A DNA stretch of 61,903 nucleotides, the filler included. It is 22 parts of 22 records of this genome, joined end to end, with 100 filler letters (N's around TTAATTAATTAA, not from the genome) between each part and the next. Parts side by side here need not be neighbours in the genome. Positions count along the whole stretch, not along the records: positions 10,631 to 12,943 come from SRR16133337_86613; positions 13,044 to 15,147 come from SRR16133337_86666; positions 15,248 to 17,665 come from SRR16133337_86685; positions 17,766 to 20,042 come from SRR16133337_86767; positions 20,143 to 23,362 come from SRR16133337_86823; 17 more parts are not named here. One strand, written 5' to 3'. This document shows, one piece after another, positions 11,416 through 23,462 of this stretch. Within the stretch, counting starts at the first letter, position 1, and each line of letters opens with the position of its first letter. The notes under the pieces were generated by a model. The model saw only the letters and a list, made by a program, of their open reading frames with translations, was not told where the DNA came from and ran no database searches. The position numbers were made by a program, and so were the translations under genes.

Positions 11416-13514
11416 GTCGAAATGTTCAAAAAGAAAGTGTAACTTAGCTAAAACGGGTATGTATTTTTTCACTCTGTTTTTCAAAAATATTTTCTAAATT
11501 CTCTTGAAAAAAAATTAACAACAACACATCCGGTTGACGTTTTTAGGTATCGAACAATGGGATCGCGTGCTGAATTGCTGCCGAGAAACACCATCATTTG
11601 GTAATTCACGCTATTTTTGCACTTTTGTTTGATCCAAGGCACATGTGTTATTTTTTGTGATTGGATATTAAACAACTGTGTGGAATAGTAATTATTCCCA
11701 AACATAACGGTCGTTTCAATTTTCAAAAAAGCCGGCTATTTTTCGTACTTGCTTTGCAAAGAGTTTTTTTGGTGCAAATTTTTGTTTTGAGAGATGGGGT
11801 GTTTTTTAAAAGCTTGGTTCAGCTGGTTAAGCTCTGACAACTGCGTACGGAGACTCGTCATTTTTGGGGTGTTGTTCTGTGTTCGCCTGTTTGAGCAGAA
11901 ACTTAGCACACTCCGAAATGTTTCAAACGTCGTTGAAAAATTGGTAAAAATTCTGATATTTGAAAGGTGGTTGGCTTTTGCTCTTGTCAAACTACAGTGC
12001 AAAACAAAAATTCACTTTTGTCAAAAATTCACTTTGGTCAAAAATTTGAAACAAGTGTGAAAAATGCGGACACTTTGAAAGGGGTGATTTTTTGAGCACC
12101 GAAAGTTTACTTGTTCTTGTTTACTCGTTTACTCGTTGGGAAAGATTTCATGAAAATGCGTTTTCGGGTTTTTGTGCATATTTTTTTCTGTGAAAAGCAA
12201 TAATCCGATCCTTCCACACCCTTTCGAAGCTCGAAAAATTCTTGGGTGTTCCTGTGAAAAAGTGTTTAAGCTTGTTGGTGGATTGATGCCACGCACGCAC
12301 CCTTTTTGTCGTTTTCAGGAGTGAAACATTTTGGTTAAACAGCAAAATGTTGACCCGGCATTTGTTGTATTTCTTTTTTTTACAAAATATCGCGAAATGA
12401 TTTTCTTTAAACTTTTCTCCTTGTTGCATGTGAAATTAATATGCAACGAGCAGTTTTCAAACGAACGTGTTTTTTCTAAATGGGAGTTTTGGGGCATCGG
12501 CACGGAATCATGTGTTTATTCTAACTCCTTACGTTGAAAACACAATTTTACTTTTCGAAAAGCAAATTGTTTTGATTTTACTAATTATTTGTGTGCTTGC
12601 GTTTTAGAAAGGAGATAATTTCGAAGTACACCCCTTTATAAGTACCTTCGCAAGAATCTGTGCTGTGCTGCATCTTGTTTTATAGTAGTAAAAGACTCTC
12701 TCCTTTCCGAATGTTGTCTGGAGTTTGTGTGATTGTTTTAGAAATCGAAAATTTTATTTTTGGTACACAAAAAAGTTCTCTGGGATTGTTGTAAAAATCT
12801 TGGGGTGTTATGGAATTTTATGTGAAATTGCATTTGTTCGATATTTTTGCCTTCGCCATGACGCGATAAATCCTTTGCAAGAACTCTGTGCGAGGGAAAA
12901 AAAAATGCACTTGGGAAATTGGTTTTGGCAAAATTCAAACTGTNNNNNNNNNNNNNNNNNNNNNNNNNNNNNNNNNNNNNNNNNNNNTTAATTAATTAAN
13001 NNNNNNNNNNNNNNNNNNNNNNNNNNNNNNNNNNNNNNNNNNNAAATTCTCTTGACACGTGATTTCTTGAAAACGAAAAAATTTGACTTTTCGGAAAATG
13101 GACTGGGGCACAGAACAGCCAACCAGATAGTTTTAAAAAAATAGTCGTTGCGACTGTTCAAATTAGCTGTTGTCCTCTCTCTATTTCCCGGCTAAGATCA
13201 CCATGTACACTTCGCTGTTCATGGTACCGGTGTGTGTGTTATGGAGTAGTGAGTGGTGTGGTTGTGGTGGGATGGGGGCGTGTTCTACATTCGACCAGAA
13301 GTCTTTCCATGTTTTCTTCCTGGAAACAAAAAAAAAATCTGCGGTAAAAATGAAGAGGAGATGCAACGGCAACCAACTCGGTGGTTTTTAAAACCATCAG
13401 GTTGGCTGCTTTGGGGATCTCTCTCCATTTTTTCGAAAAGCCAAAATTTGCAGGAAATGTAGTTTGTTTTTGAATGAAATATTAAAAACTAATCCCAGAG
13501 TTTTTTCTTCGTTT

Positions 13515-14072
13515 CTAGTTGTCAGGAAGAAATAACGAGCCAAGAGAATTGCTCATATTATGTAAAACAAACCCTCTTTTATGAAAAAATGTATCCACTG
13601 TTTGTATTGTTCTGTAAACTACGGAGGCCATCTGCTTAACACGTCCCGCCATTGTTGGTAAAAAAAATATCAACAAAAGCACTTTTTCATTTTGAATAAT
13701 TCTACGCCGATCATTGAGAGGCGGGGTCTCTATTGTTTCCGTGCCAAGGTGGCAAACAGGTGTGGAAAAAATCATCTCTAAAAGAGCATCATGAACAACA
13801 ATTTCTGTTTGTTTGTTTTTTCCACTCAGCCAACGCACCTTTTGCGAGTCTTCAGCAAAAATTTGGTTTTGTTCAATTCGCGAAGAGTGCTTCTCTGTTG
13901 TTGCTAAATTTCTATTTTCGCCTTCCAACATTTCGAACAGGGTCTCAAGACGCTCGTTCTCTTGTGGAACAGAGCCTACTCCGCCAGCTGCTGCTGCGCC
14001 AGCTTTCGCTCCTCCACCAAAGTTGACCAAACACATAAATAAAAGGACGGTTGAAATTATTTTCCTTGCCAT
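13515..14072 (-). CDS. Probable first exon of a eukaryotic secreted protein of unknown function; 3' boundary uncertain
   Basis: ATG followed by a hydrophobic signal-like segment (KIISTVLLFMCLVNFGGG) and an Ala/Gly-rich linker; possible GT donor near 13838. Confidence 0.35.
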   Translation of the reverse strand: MARKIISTVLLFMCLVNFGGGAKAGAAAAGGVGSVPQENERLETLFEMLEGENRNLATTEKHSSRIEQNQIFAEDSQKVRWLSGKNKQTEIVVHDALLEMIFSTPVCHLGTETIETPPLNDRRRIIQNEKVLLLIFFLPTMAGRVKQMASVVYRTIQTVDTFFHKRGFVLHNMSNSLGSLFLPDN

Positions 14073-17000
14073 GTTTTTGTATTGTCTTAACCCTCAAGTT
14101 AAATTTGAGTTGCACGATTATTGATATGGTAGGATATGGACTTGTGTCTCTAAACTTGACTTCAGAGATATGTTTAAATTTATATGACTTCACTTTTTCT
14201 GTACATTGTAATTAATACATATAGATTTTATATATATTGCTCTCTCACTACCTGTTACCACAATGACCGGACAAAGCAAAATCCTTGACCTGCTGCCAAA
14301 CGAATATGGCTATGTAAGAAGCAAGCTTTAGTACCTTCGGAGGAACGAACCAGTGATAATCTGTTTCTCTACACTCCAATTTTTTTCTTGAACATTTGAT
14401 TGTGGGATTTTTTTCCTTACTATTTGTTGTGGGCTATCAGACAATGCATTTGGTTTTTTGACGAACGGATCTACGTTTTCGAGTTCTAACTGTTGTGCAA
14501 TTTTTCGAGGAAACCTTTTGCCTGTGAACAGTTATTGTGCAATTGAAGAAATGTATTGAAACTATGACACAGAAGGCAACGCCTTTTATCTACATAGCAA
14601 CAAAAATACCAACAACAAATATATAGCGTAAGCGGTGAGAAATTAGCTGTGAAAACCCCAAAAATAAATTGGGTTTGTGGGTGAGGATGTAGACAATTCA
14701 ACACAGCATTGGAAATTTTGCTTGGCCCTGATAAATCCTTGTAAAAAAATCAAGATACACTCTCTTCGCTTCGCGTAGTGAATATCCACTTTGTCAAGAG
14801 CAAATAAATTTCGCTTAAGGGCGTTCCATTTCCCCCCCATTGTTCCGAGCCAACAAACCGCATGAAACAAGTCAGGTTCTCGCTCAGTTTATGCTATATT
14901 ACCTCCCTGCAAGGCAGCAACCTCACCCACCAGCTGGGTCCGGAACCCTCTCTCCATGAAAGGCAGCATATGTCATATCAATGAATACCCACTCCTCTTC
15001 AAGGATATTTTTTGTTCCGAAAGTGGTGTGCGGGGTAGTGTGAGGGGAGGGGAGGAGTGTATGTGGTGTTTATGTTGCGTAAATTGAGTGATTAAAATTT
15101 CACTTCGAAAAATGAATATTTTCGTTTGGGGGTGTATGCTTGTCCATNNNNNNNNNNNNNNNNNNNNNNNNNNNNNNNNNNNNNNNNNNNNTTAATTAAT
15201 TAANNNNNNNNNNNNNNNNNNNNNNNNNNNNNNNNNNNNNNNNNNNNTAAGAATCCAACACCCCAATGAAAATTTTCGTATTTGTCGATTTATACGTACG
15301 ATTCGAGCTCAGAATCGGCAACATCGAGTTCCTTGAGTCCCTTTCTTGCATTATTGATTCGCGCAGTCCATTGCGAATCGTTAATATTTCGCGCCACGTG
15401 ATCAAAAAGTGAGTCGATCACTTCGCTTGTACAAATACCGGATTTCTTTGTCAAATGATCGACTTTATCAATCAAGTTTAAATCTAATATACAAAATAAT
15501 CCAACGTTTGTTTTATAAACAAGAACCAAAATTCAAGAAATGGATAGGCAAATTGAAAAGCTACATTTCATACAAACACATTTTCAAGAAACGAAATTCA
15601 AAAAATAATTTTGGAAACACGGCACGATTTTCAATAGAACTTTTAAAACATTTGCGCTTGAGTAAATTAAAACAATTGGCTACCAGATTCTACGGTATAG
15701 TTGCCCCGGAATTATACAAGGTTTTGGGGAAATAAAACATTGCTTATTCCCCGTGAACAGGAGTGCAATTTGCACCTCGAGGTAGTAAAATACAAAATCC
15801 AATCCCTGGAGACGTATATCTGGAAACACCAACATCTTGAGCATTATGTGCCGTTAACCTATTTACACGAACAAAAGCCCACACTAAAACAGCAAAACTA
15901 TGTTGGTCCGTATGTCCCATAGTTACATGCGTGTTTACGACACAAATTCAAATTCAAAATGTTACATACATCATGGAAGGAATAGTAATAGTCATTTCGA
16001 CCGTCAATTTCTTAACCCGAACCAAAATCCTGTCAAAAACAGTTTTTGCCGATCTCATTTTAGTTTTGGAGAAAGTACGTTAAAAAAATTAACATGGGTG
16101 AAATGTAACTTCTAAAAGAACAACTGTGGAAATAGAAGCAACTTTGTGCCGTTTCATACGTTTCCAAACATTTTGAGATACCCTGTTAGTGTAGGGGCAT
16201 TACCAACATGTACAATCAATATTGCTTTAAACAAAACCTCGCAAACGACTTAAGATGGAACTCCGACACCACAAAATTAATTAAAATTAGATAGACTTTT
16301 CAGGAGGGGTGTGGGAGTAGTATGATGAGAGTGGAGCTAGATGCGAGTGAGTTTGTGTAAACAGCAACAACAAAGATCCTATATCCTTCTAACACTTTAG
16401 AATGTCGCCATGAATTCATAATGTAACATTAGTTCTGCAGGGAAAAAAATCATATTTATCATCAATCAACAAAAACTAATACTTTAAATTAAAGCCCAGT
16501 ACACCAATAAAAAAACTATGTCGGAGACAAAATACAGTCTTGGATTCGAAACGAATCCACTACATCATGCACACAAGCGTAGAAAAACGCAACGGAAACG
16601 TACCTGTTTGCTGTGCACAAAATTTGAGAACTGGAAGAAAAATGACTTTCATCGTGTGAATCGAACTGTTTGGCTAAAAACATTTGCACAAAAACGTGTA
16701 AACTCATAGTTCGGAAACGAGTCATTCTTTGCACAAATACACATGCAAAAAAATACGGTCAGGTTTTGTACTTACAATTTTCTCATGACTTCTGCTGTCA
16801 GTTTCTCTTATCGCGTGTAACCGAATTTTCACATATTTATCAAGGTGAGGTTCGCATTTTCCAATTGCATTATTTTCGTCGAGTTCTTTGATCAAACGCT
16901 GAAGCGTGTTGTCACAACGAAATGAACTTGTGTCCTTTGCAAGTTTTCCTGGCACAAACAAATATAATATTTTATACAAATGACGTTCACTATCTGTCTG

Positions 17001-20000
17001 TAGATTTTTAGACAGAAGACCGTGCGATGAATGCACCTACGAAATTATAAGACATTGAATTTCTCAATATTTGCGTGGTTTCTTGTGATTTGACGAACTT
17101 TCAAGTTTAAGGAATTCGCCAAATAACAAAAACATCCTTCAAATTATCTTGATGTCCCATAATTATACCACTTAGGTGTTTTATTTGACACAGTTTCGAT
17201 ACTGATAAAGTAGGCGCCAAGACGATAGGCAACAAAATGTTATTTCACATTATCTTTGCTTTAAAAACTGAAAAACACACACGAAAGTTCACAAAAATAA
17301 CCGTTGAGAAGACGAACAACTGTATCTGGGGAACTAAAGAAAGCTGATAGCTTCGAAAAATATCCAAAAATTTGTCAACACATACGCCACTCTCGGACTT
17401 TTGTTTTAAAAAAAGATTACATTTCGTTTACTTGTTCTTTTTATATTATTGCGATGTTACGGGACGATGGAGAAGGAGTAGGAGAAACAAAAGTTGACAA
17501 AATGTTATTCTCGTGCAGCTCTGTGTAATTGCGGTGGTGTGTGGCGATTTTCATCAAATAGACTTTTCATCAAAATTCAAAATCTTTTGATTTTCATTTC
17601 CGTGTCATCAAATAATGCGTTTTGGGCATGCTGGGTGGAGAATGTGGCATATGGAGTGGTGTTTTNNNNNNNNNNNNNNNNNNNNNNNNNNNNNNNNNNN
17701 NNNNNNNNNTTAATTAATTAANNNNNNNNNNNNNNNNNNNNNNNNNNNNNNNNNNNNNNNNNNNNAAATTTCTGTTAAATCAACCCCACCATCATTCCAA
17801 CATAGAAAATTAAGGAAATTGAATAATCGATGAAGGAAATTGAATAATTCATGAAATAATACACCCACTCATTCACACCCTTTCAAAATTAAATATTGAG
17901 ACCATTGAACGGAAGTACAGGGGAACGGGGAAGTGTGCGCTGTTCATCGGTCCACATTGTATCACAAGTCTTACCGTCAGTGATCGAAATCTCCCATAAT
18001 ACTGCAGTCCCTCTGGGACAGTGTCCGCCATTTTTACATCCTTCTTCTCCTCTGTTATCCATTCCAGACAGCTTATATTCAGCAAATCGACCTGTTCCCA
18101 CATTGAATCGTCTTGCAAATGTTTTTCCACATAGTATTGTGTGCATGCTCCACGAGGCACTGTTACACCAGGTAGAATTTCCAAATCTTCGTTCTCTTTC
18201 GTGTCCTATTGACATGATCGCATATTATAATTTTTTAATCATTTGACGATTGCACTGGATTTTGTCTGTTCGCAATTCAATAACGATAATCTTTGTGAAA
18301 ATTCAAAATTATATTTGTTTTATAACAAATGAGTGACACCACAAAAAATTTAGATGATAATGATGCACATTAATAAACTAATTTTTTTCAATTTCAAAAA
18401 TTTGGTTGGCAAAACAACGTCATACATCTCGTTTATTTTTGAGAAATATGGATAGATTTCTTAATTTCAAAGAAAAAATTCACTTTAATATGGAAACCCG
18501 CTCTTCCATTGTCAAAATCAATTCAGATTTTTCATAGACGTTTTGTAAAAATTATATTTTGAGGTAACGAGAAGTGCTCGAACTTACTAAAATGTTTTAA
18601 AGGACCTCACCCATTGTTTTTTTCAATTCCTTATAGTTTCTTGTTCGAGAAAAAGAAATGCATTGAAGAAAAAATATGATATTAGTAAATCTTGAGTCAT
18701 TACCACCCATGAAAATCACAAAAAATGTAAGTTTTTCCAAAATTCGAAACTTAAAAAGGAACAGTGTTTGTTGATTTGAATATTAAAAAACATGTATTTT
18801 TTCTTCATTGTTTTAATAATTTTGTTTACGAGTTTTTGTATTTACCTTGTTGAAGTCTTGGGTCATTGATTTCACAAATTCCTCCCGTTGTTTCAAATTT
18901 AATTCTGCTTTGAAGGTCGCAATTTGTGTTTTTGTTGCAAATTGTTTGGATTTTTGATATTTCTTCAGTCGCTTCTCCATGACTCCATACGCTTTCTCCG
19001 TCAATTTTCCACGTACAATGACATCTCTTAGTATCTCCTATGTACAAAATATATTGATGGCAATATGTTTTGACTAAACAATATTATTGTTTCGCATGTA
19101 TTTTGCGAACATATTTTGTAAATTGAAAGTCAGTCTTTCAAAAGTAACAACACTGAAGTGTGGGAGAACACCATTGACCAATTTTAATAGACTTATACAA
19201 ACAGAAAACCCCAGAAAATAAACAAAATCTCATTGAAAAATTGCACTTATTTTTAGCGCATGGCATGAAAAACTCTAATGCTACAAACGCTAGTGTTTCC
19301 AACCTGTCAAAAATATCTATGACTGCCGAATTAAAGACATCAAACTTCACTCAATAGAAACAAAAAACGTTGTAAAACTTCGTTTGCTTGTTTTGTTGTA
19401 TGGAACAAGAGCGTCAGGGAAATTTTTATGTGTTGAATGCATGGATTACAAAATCTTCTAATATTTTGAAGATAAAAACTTGCAATAATTTTCATGCACT
19501 TATTGTTTTGTTGTAGATTTATTGCAGCAAATTCATCCACCTACTGGTAAGAAAACAACTGTACATCTGCGTATGGTAAATATATCTTTGTTTCTTGATT
19601 GTGCTGCTATAAAATAAGCGCGTTTTATTTACCTTGTTCTGCAAACAAATATCCGCTATCAATCCCTTCCATCCAGTTAAAGGATTTGAGTCCAAAGGTT
19701 GTCCAGCTACTGATATCGCCGCAGCTATTAGTTCTCGCCTGCTCTTCCATTTCATAAAATATGATTGTTGTGGTGTTTTCTCCTCCGAGTTTGTCGATAC
19801 ATAACCAGGAACATAAATTTGTTGTGCCCCCGGGAGTGTCAAGAAAGTCTTTTTCCTTTTCCTGATTCTCTCTGATGTCTCGAGATCTTTCGTCAACTGA
19901 TTGTTCCTCCGTTTTAAAGTTATAATTTCTTTCTGCGCTTGGATGAGATTTTTGTTCGTTTGTTTGCTCGCTGACTAATACAACACATGTTTTAGATGAT

Positions 20001-20142
20001 GTCATACAAGGAAGAGTTGATGACGGCAAGGTACTGTTTTAANNNNNNNNNNNNNNNNNNNNNNNNNNNNNNNNNNNNNNNNNNNNTTAATTAATTAANN
20101 NNNNNNNNNNNNNNNNNNNNNNNNNNNNNNNNNNNNNNNNNN

Positions 20143-20162
20143 GACGTGTGCTCTTCCGATCT
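20143..20162 (+). other. Illumina TruSeq adapter contamination
   Basis: GACGTGTGCTCTTCCGATCT at the very start of the contig. Confidence 0.95.
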
Positions 20163-20326
20163 CAAAAAAGTTGACAGCCCAATTCTTACAGATCTAGAGT
20201 ATTTAAAAATTGAACTTATTGAGAAACAGAAAAAAAATAAAATCTCAATTTTTGGAAATATTAAATATTATTGATTAAATTTATTACATCTTTTTCAATA
20301 GCATAAAAAGATCATAGCAAATTCAG

Positions 20327-20356
20327 AGAACCAACATCAGTTGGTTCTTTTTTTTT
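20327..20356 (+). terminator. Intrinsic terminator of an upstream, truncated gene
   Basis: Stem AGAACCAAC, loop ATCA, stem GTTGGTTCT, then a T run. Confidence 0.75.
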
Positions 20357-20469
20357 CTATATTTGGATAAATTTAATAAACAGAATCAAAAGGTCTGTCC
20401 GTATTCACAAGCCCGTAAACGTTACCTTTTGTAATTATATAACTCGTTGGCATTCATTAAAAAAATACT

Positions 20470-21942
20470 ATGGACAAAAATGAATTAGATAAATTAATAA
20501 CCTACTTAGAAGAAAATACTAGAGCAGATAAGGTGTCAGGTATAGAATTTATTGATCCTAGAAATTTTAAAAACAAAGTCCGTGGTAAGCAGAATTACGT
20601 GATTTTTGGTAGACGTGGTGCAGGAAAAAGCACATTATTAAAGACATTGTATACAGATGATACTTCCTCTACTGTTTATGTTAACCTAGAGGATTACAAA
20701 GATATTACTTTTCCTAATATTATTATAAAAGTCCTCTGTGCATTTTATAAGGAAATTAATTCAACACTAGCTAAAAATATATCCTTTTGGAAAAAAAGGA
20801 ATTCTCGTTCAACTAAAAAATTAATTAAACAGATAGCTAACCAGATTAAAGTACTAGATGAAAAACTTGTAGCTCCAGACCAGTACGAAGAAAGAAAAAA
20901 ACATCTCTCAAAAAAATTGTATTCAGACGAATTAGGTGCTAATTCAAAACCTGTTTCTTTAAAATCCTCATTTTCATCATCAAGCGAATTTGAACTTGAA
21001 CATTCATGGGAAAGAGACAAACTAAATGAGTTAAAAACCTCAATCGACACCAACAAAACTTTAATTAATCAAATAATTAAATTCAACGATACCCAATTGG
21101 TATTGATCTTAGATGATTTTTACTTTATTCCAAAGAATGTGCAACCATTTTTATTAGATTACTTCCATCGGTTATCCAAATCAAATAATTTTTATTTAAA
21201 AATTGGAACAATAAAACATCGTTCACATCTATACTTCCAAAGTAATCTAAGTTATATTGGAATGGAGTTAAATGCAGATGTTTATGATATTGACCTAGAT
21301 TATACATTAGATAAATGGAATGAATTAAAGAAGTTTAAACGTGAGTTACTAGAAAAAGCAATAAATTCATCGGGTGCAAATTTTAATATTAATTCAATTT
21401 TCAATGAACAAAGCTTTAGTCAATTATGTATTGCTTCGGGTGGTGTGCCTAGAGACTTTTTAGTGTTATTTATCAAATGTTGTCAATTAATTAATAATAA
21501 AAAATCTAGAATAATTGTTCCAGATGTTCGAGAAATTGCAATTCAAAATTTTGTCAATAAAAAGAATGCTCTTGAGAAAGATTCTTTAGATGACAGTAAT
21601 ATTCTTGAAGTATATATAAATTATCTTCGTGATACAATATTCAAATTAAAACGAACAAATGTATTCTTAATTGAAAATGATAGTTTAAATAAAGAAGAAG
21701 ATATCAAGCAAGTAATTAGAGAATTAGTCGATTTAAGGTTTTTACATATTATTGACAATAATACTAGTGCAGCTCCTTCCGACGGTAAAAGATATTCAGC
21801 ATATTTACTTGATGTGAGTCTTTATGATAATGGTCGTCCAAGAAATTTTAAAGAGGTAGAACCCGACATTCAAACAAATAGACAAGGAGTTCGTGGAGCT
21901 CCAAGAATTACTACAACAAAACTTCTAGAATTAAAGCCTTAA
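20470..21942 (+). CDS. Stand-alone P-loop NTPase (AAA+/ORC-Cdc6- or STAND-like), 490 aa
   Basis: Walker A IFGRRGAGKSTLL, Walker B LILDDFY, downstream ASGGVPRDFL (GxPR) motif; very AT-rich coding sequence. Confidence 0.8.
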   Translation: MDKNELDKLITYLEENTRADKVSGIEFIDPRNFKNKVRGKQNYVIFGRRGAGKSTLLKTLYTDDTSSTVYVNLEDYKDITFPNIIIKVLCAFYKEINSTLAKNISFWKKRNSRSTKKLIKQIANQIKVLDEKLVAPDQYEERKKHLSKKLYSDELGANSKPVSLKSSFSSSSEFELEHSWERDKLNELKTSIDTNKTLINQIIKFNDTQLVLILDDFYFIPKNVQPFLLDYFHRLSKSNNFYLKIGTIKHRSHLYFQSNLSYIGMELNADVYDIDLDYTLDKWNELKKFKRELLEKAINSSGANFNINSIFNEQSFSQLCIASGGVPRDFLVLFIKCCQLINNKKSRIIVPDVREIAIQNFVNKKNALEKDSLDDSNILEVYINYLRDTIFKLKRTNVFLIENDSLNKEEDIKQVIRELVDLRFLHIIDNNTSAAPSDGKRYSAYLLDVSLYDNGRPRNFKEVEPDIQTNRQGVRGAPRITTTKLLELKP

Positions 21943-22688
21943 AAAAGGCACAAATAAAAAAAGCAAAGTCAAAATAAAGCTTACTCAAACGTTAGCTACT
22001 TACGGCAGTTCGGGTTAAGCAGTCTCGCTCCTACGTCGCTCGGTCGTGCCTCCTTTTTATGGGGCTCGCCCTCATGGGCAAAAAAACCAAGTCTTACAGT
22101 TTTATTTAATTTATAGTTTAATTTAACAGCAGTACAAAAAACTTTCCCGCTTTTGGTTTTTTTGCCCACTCGCGGGGCGTTGCCCCCTTGTTTTACAAGC
22201 ATCCCCCCTTGCCTGCGCCTGCAACGGCAAGCTATTTTTTTCAAAAGGTTAATAAAAAAAACAACACACCAAACCAAGTTGATTAGAAAGACCAACAAAA
22301 ACAACCGTTTGGCTTTGTTGTTTTTTTATAAATGATGAACTCAAAAAAATAGCGTGCATGGTAAGTTTTTGCATATCTTTTTTTTACCTAAAAAAAAGAA
22401 ACAAAAAAAAGGTCAGGGTCGCCCTGGAGCGAAAAAAAAAAGAAAAAACCGTGCCAAAATATTGAAAAGTATTTAAATAAAATACTGTAATACAGCTGTT
22501 TCTGTTGTTTTTATTTCGTAAATTAGAGGATGTGTTTAACTAAAAAAAAATCCAGCAGTTGTAAAAAGCGAATTGATTAATTTAGAAGTTTCATTAAAAA
22601 ATGCTAATTATCGGGAGTCCTTAAAATCCATGTATTGTTGGTGTAAATTTATATACGTAAATAAGTTTTAAAATGGTATTTTTGGAGG

Positions 22689-22991
22689 ATGGAAATAGTT
22701 TGGACTGAAACTTCAATTTACACATTCGAAGAAATAATCGAATACGTAAACAATAAGTGGAGTACAAAAGAATCAGAGGCTTTTTATAAAAAAACCATGG
22801 AAGTTATAGAAAGTATAAGTATTTATCATAAAATTGGCAAAAGATATATGGGGACTAGCATATATCGACAGTTTTTAATATCTAAACAGACCTACTTATT
22901 TTATAGCATCCGTAGAGATGTGATTTACATAAATCTATTTTGGAATAATTCTCAAGACCCAAACAGGTTAAGAAAAATACTTGGCTACTAA
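22689..22991 (+). CDS. RelE/ParE superfamily toxin
   Basis: 100 aa; MEIVWT..I..Y....W start, IG..Y, ISKQTYLFYSI, and C-terminal FWNNSQDP, typical of Bacteroidota ParE-like toxins. Confidence 0.8.
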   Translation: MEIVWTETSIYTFEEIIEYVNNKWSTKESEAFYKKTMEVIESISIYHKIGKRYMGTSIYRQFLISKQTYLFYSIRRDVIYINLFWNNSQDPNRLRKILGY

Positions 22992-23267
22992 TTTGTCTTT
23001 TACTTCATCATGAGCCTCTACCCTACCCTCTTTGATGTCTTTTTCACTTTTTTTTAAATATCTCAGAATCATCTGATCTGGAAACAATAATTCCGTAAGT
23101 AAAGTAACCTCTGAGGAAGAGAAGCTGTGTTCTCTTAATTTTCTGTAATAGGTAGCTTCGGACACTTTTAATTGTTTCATGAAATATTCAGATTTAAAGT
23201 GTGCTTTTTTAATCAAAAGAGGCAAGTTTAAAAGGTGTTTGTTATATTTTTCAACTATATCAATCAT
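22968..23267 (-). CDS. HTH-containing putative antitoxin
   Basis: HTH-like segment QLKVSEATYYRKL; C-terminal SEKDIKEGRVEAHDEV resembles the D...GR..HEEV tail of addiction-module antitoxins. Confidence 0.65.
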   Translation of the reverse strand: MIDIVEKYNKHLLNLPLLIKKAHFKSEYFMKQLKVSEATYYRKLREHSFSSSEVTLLTELLFPDQMILRYLKKSEKDIKEGRVEAHDEVKDKLVAKYFS

Positions 23268-23296
23268 AATTTATTTATTTTTATTTAAATTTACGA

Positions 23297-23304
23297 CAAA
23301 TATA
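23297..23304 (-). promoter_or_regulatory. Bacteroidota -7 promoter element for the putative antitoxin
   Basis: TATATTTG on the minus strand matches TAnnTTTG, about 30 nt before the ATG. Confidence 0.6.
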
Positions 23305-23462
23305 GTGAAAATAAAAACAATTATTACTTTAATTTATATTATGTTAAATAGGAATTTTTAAANNNNNNNNNNNNNNNNNNNNNNNNNNNNNNNNNNNNNN
23401 NNNNNNTTAATTAATTAANNNNNNNNNNNNNNNNNNNNNNNNNNNNNNNNNNNNNNNNNNNN

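Noticed and set aside
15248-17665. Short ORFs on this eukaryote-like contig, including a Cys-containing one at 16518
   Set aside because: No recognisable domain and no consistent splice model found.
18813-19896. Fragmented minus-strand ORFs faintly like a Merlin/IS1595 or other DDE transposase
   Set aside because: Needs several assumed frameshifts and no full catalytic motif is visible; an HMM search would be required.
20446-21998. GTTGGCA before and GTTAGC after the ATPase gene as integron attC-like cassette ends
   Set aside because: No matching inverse core site after the stop codon, no convincing attC hairpin and no integrase in view.
21996-22335. ORFs 21996-22304 (-) and 22153-22335 (+)
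   Set aside because: Non-ATG starts and low-complexity translations over a hairpin-rich region; more likely non-coding.
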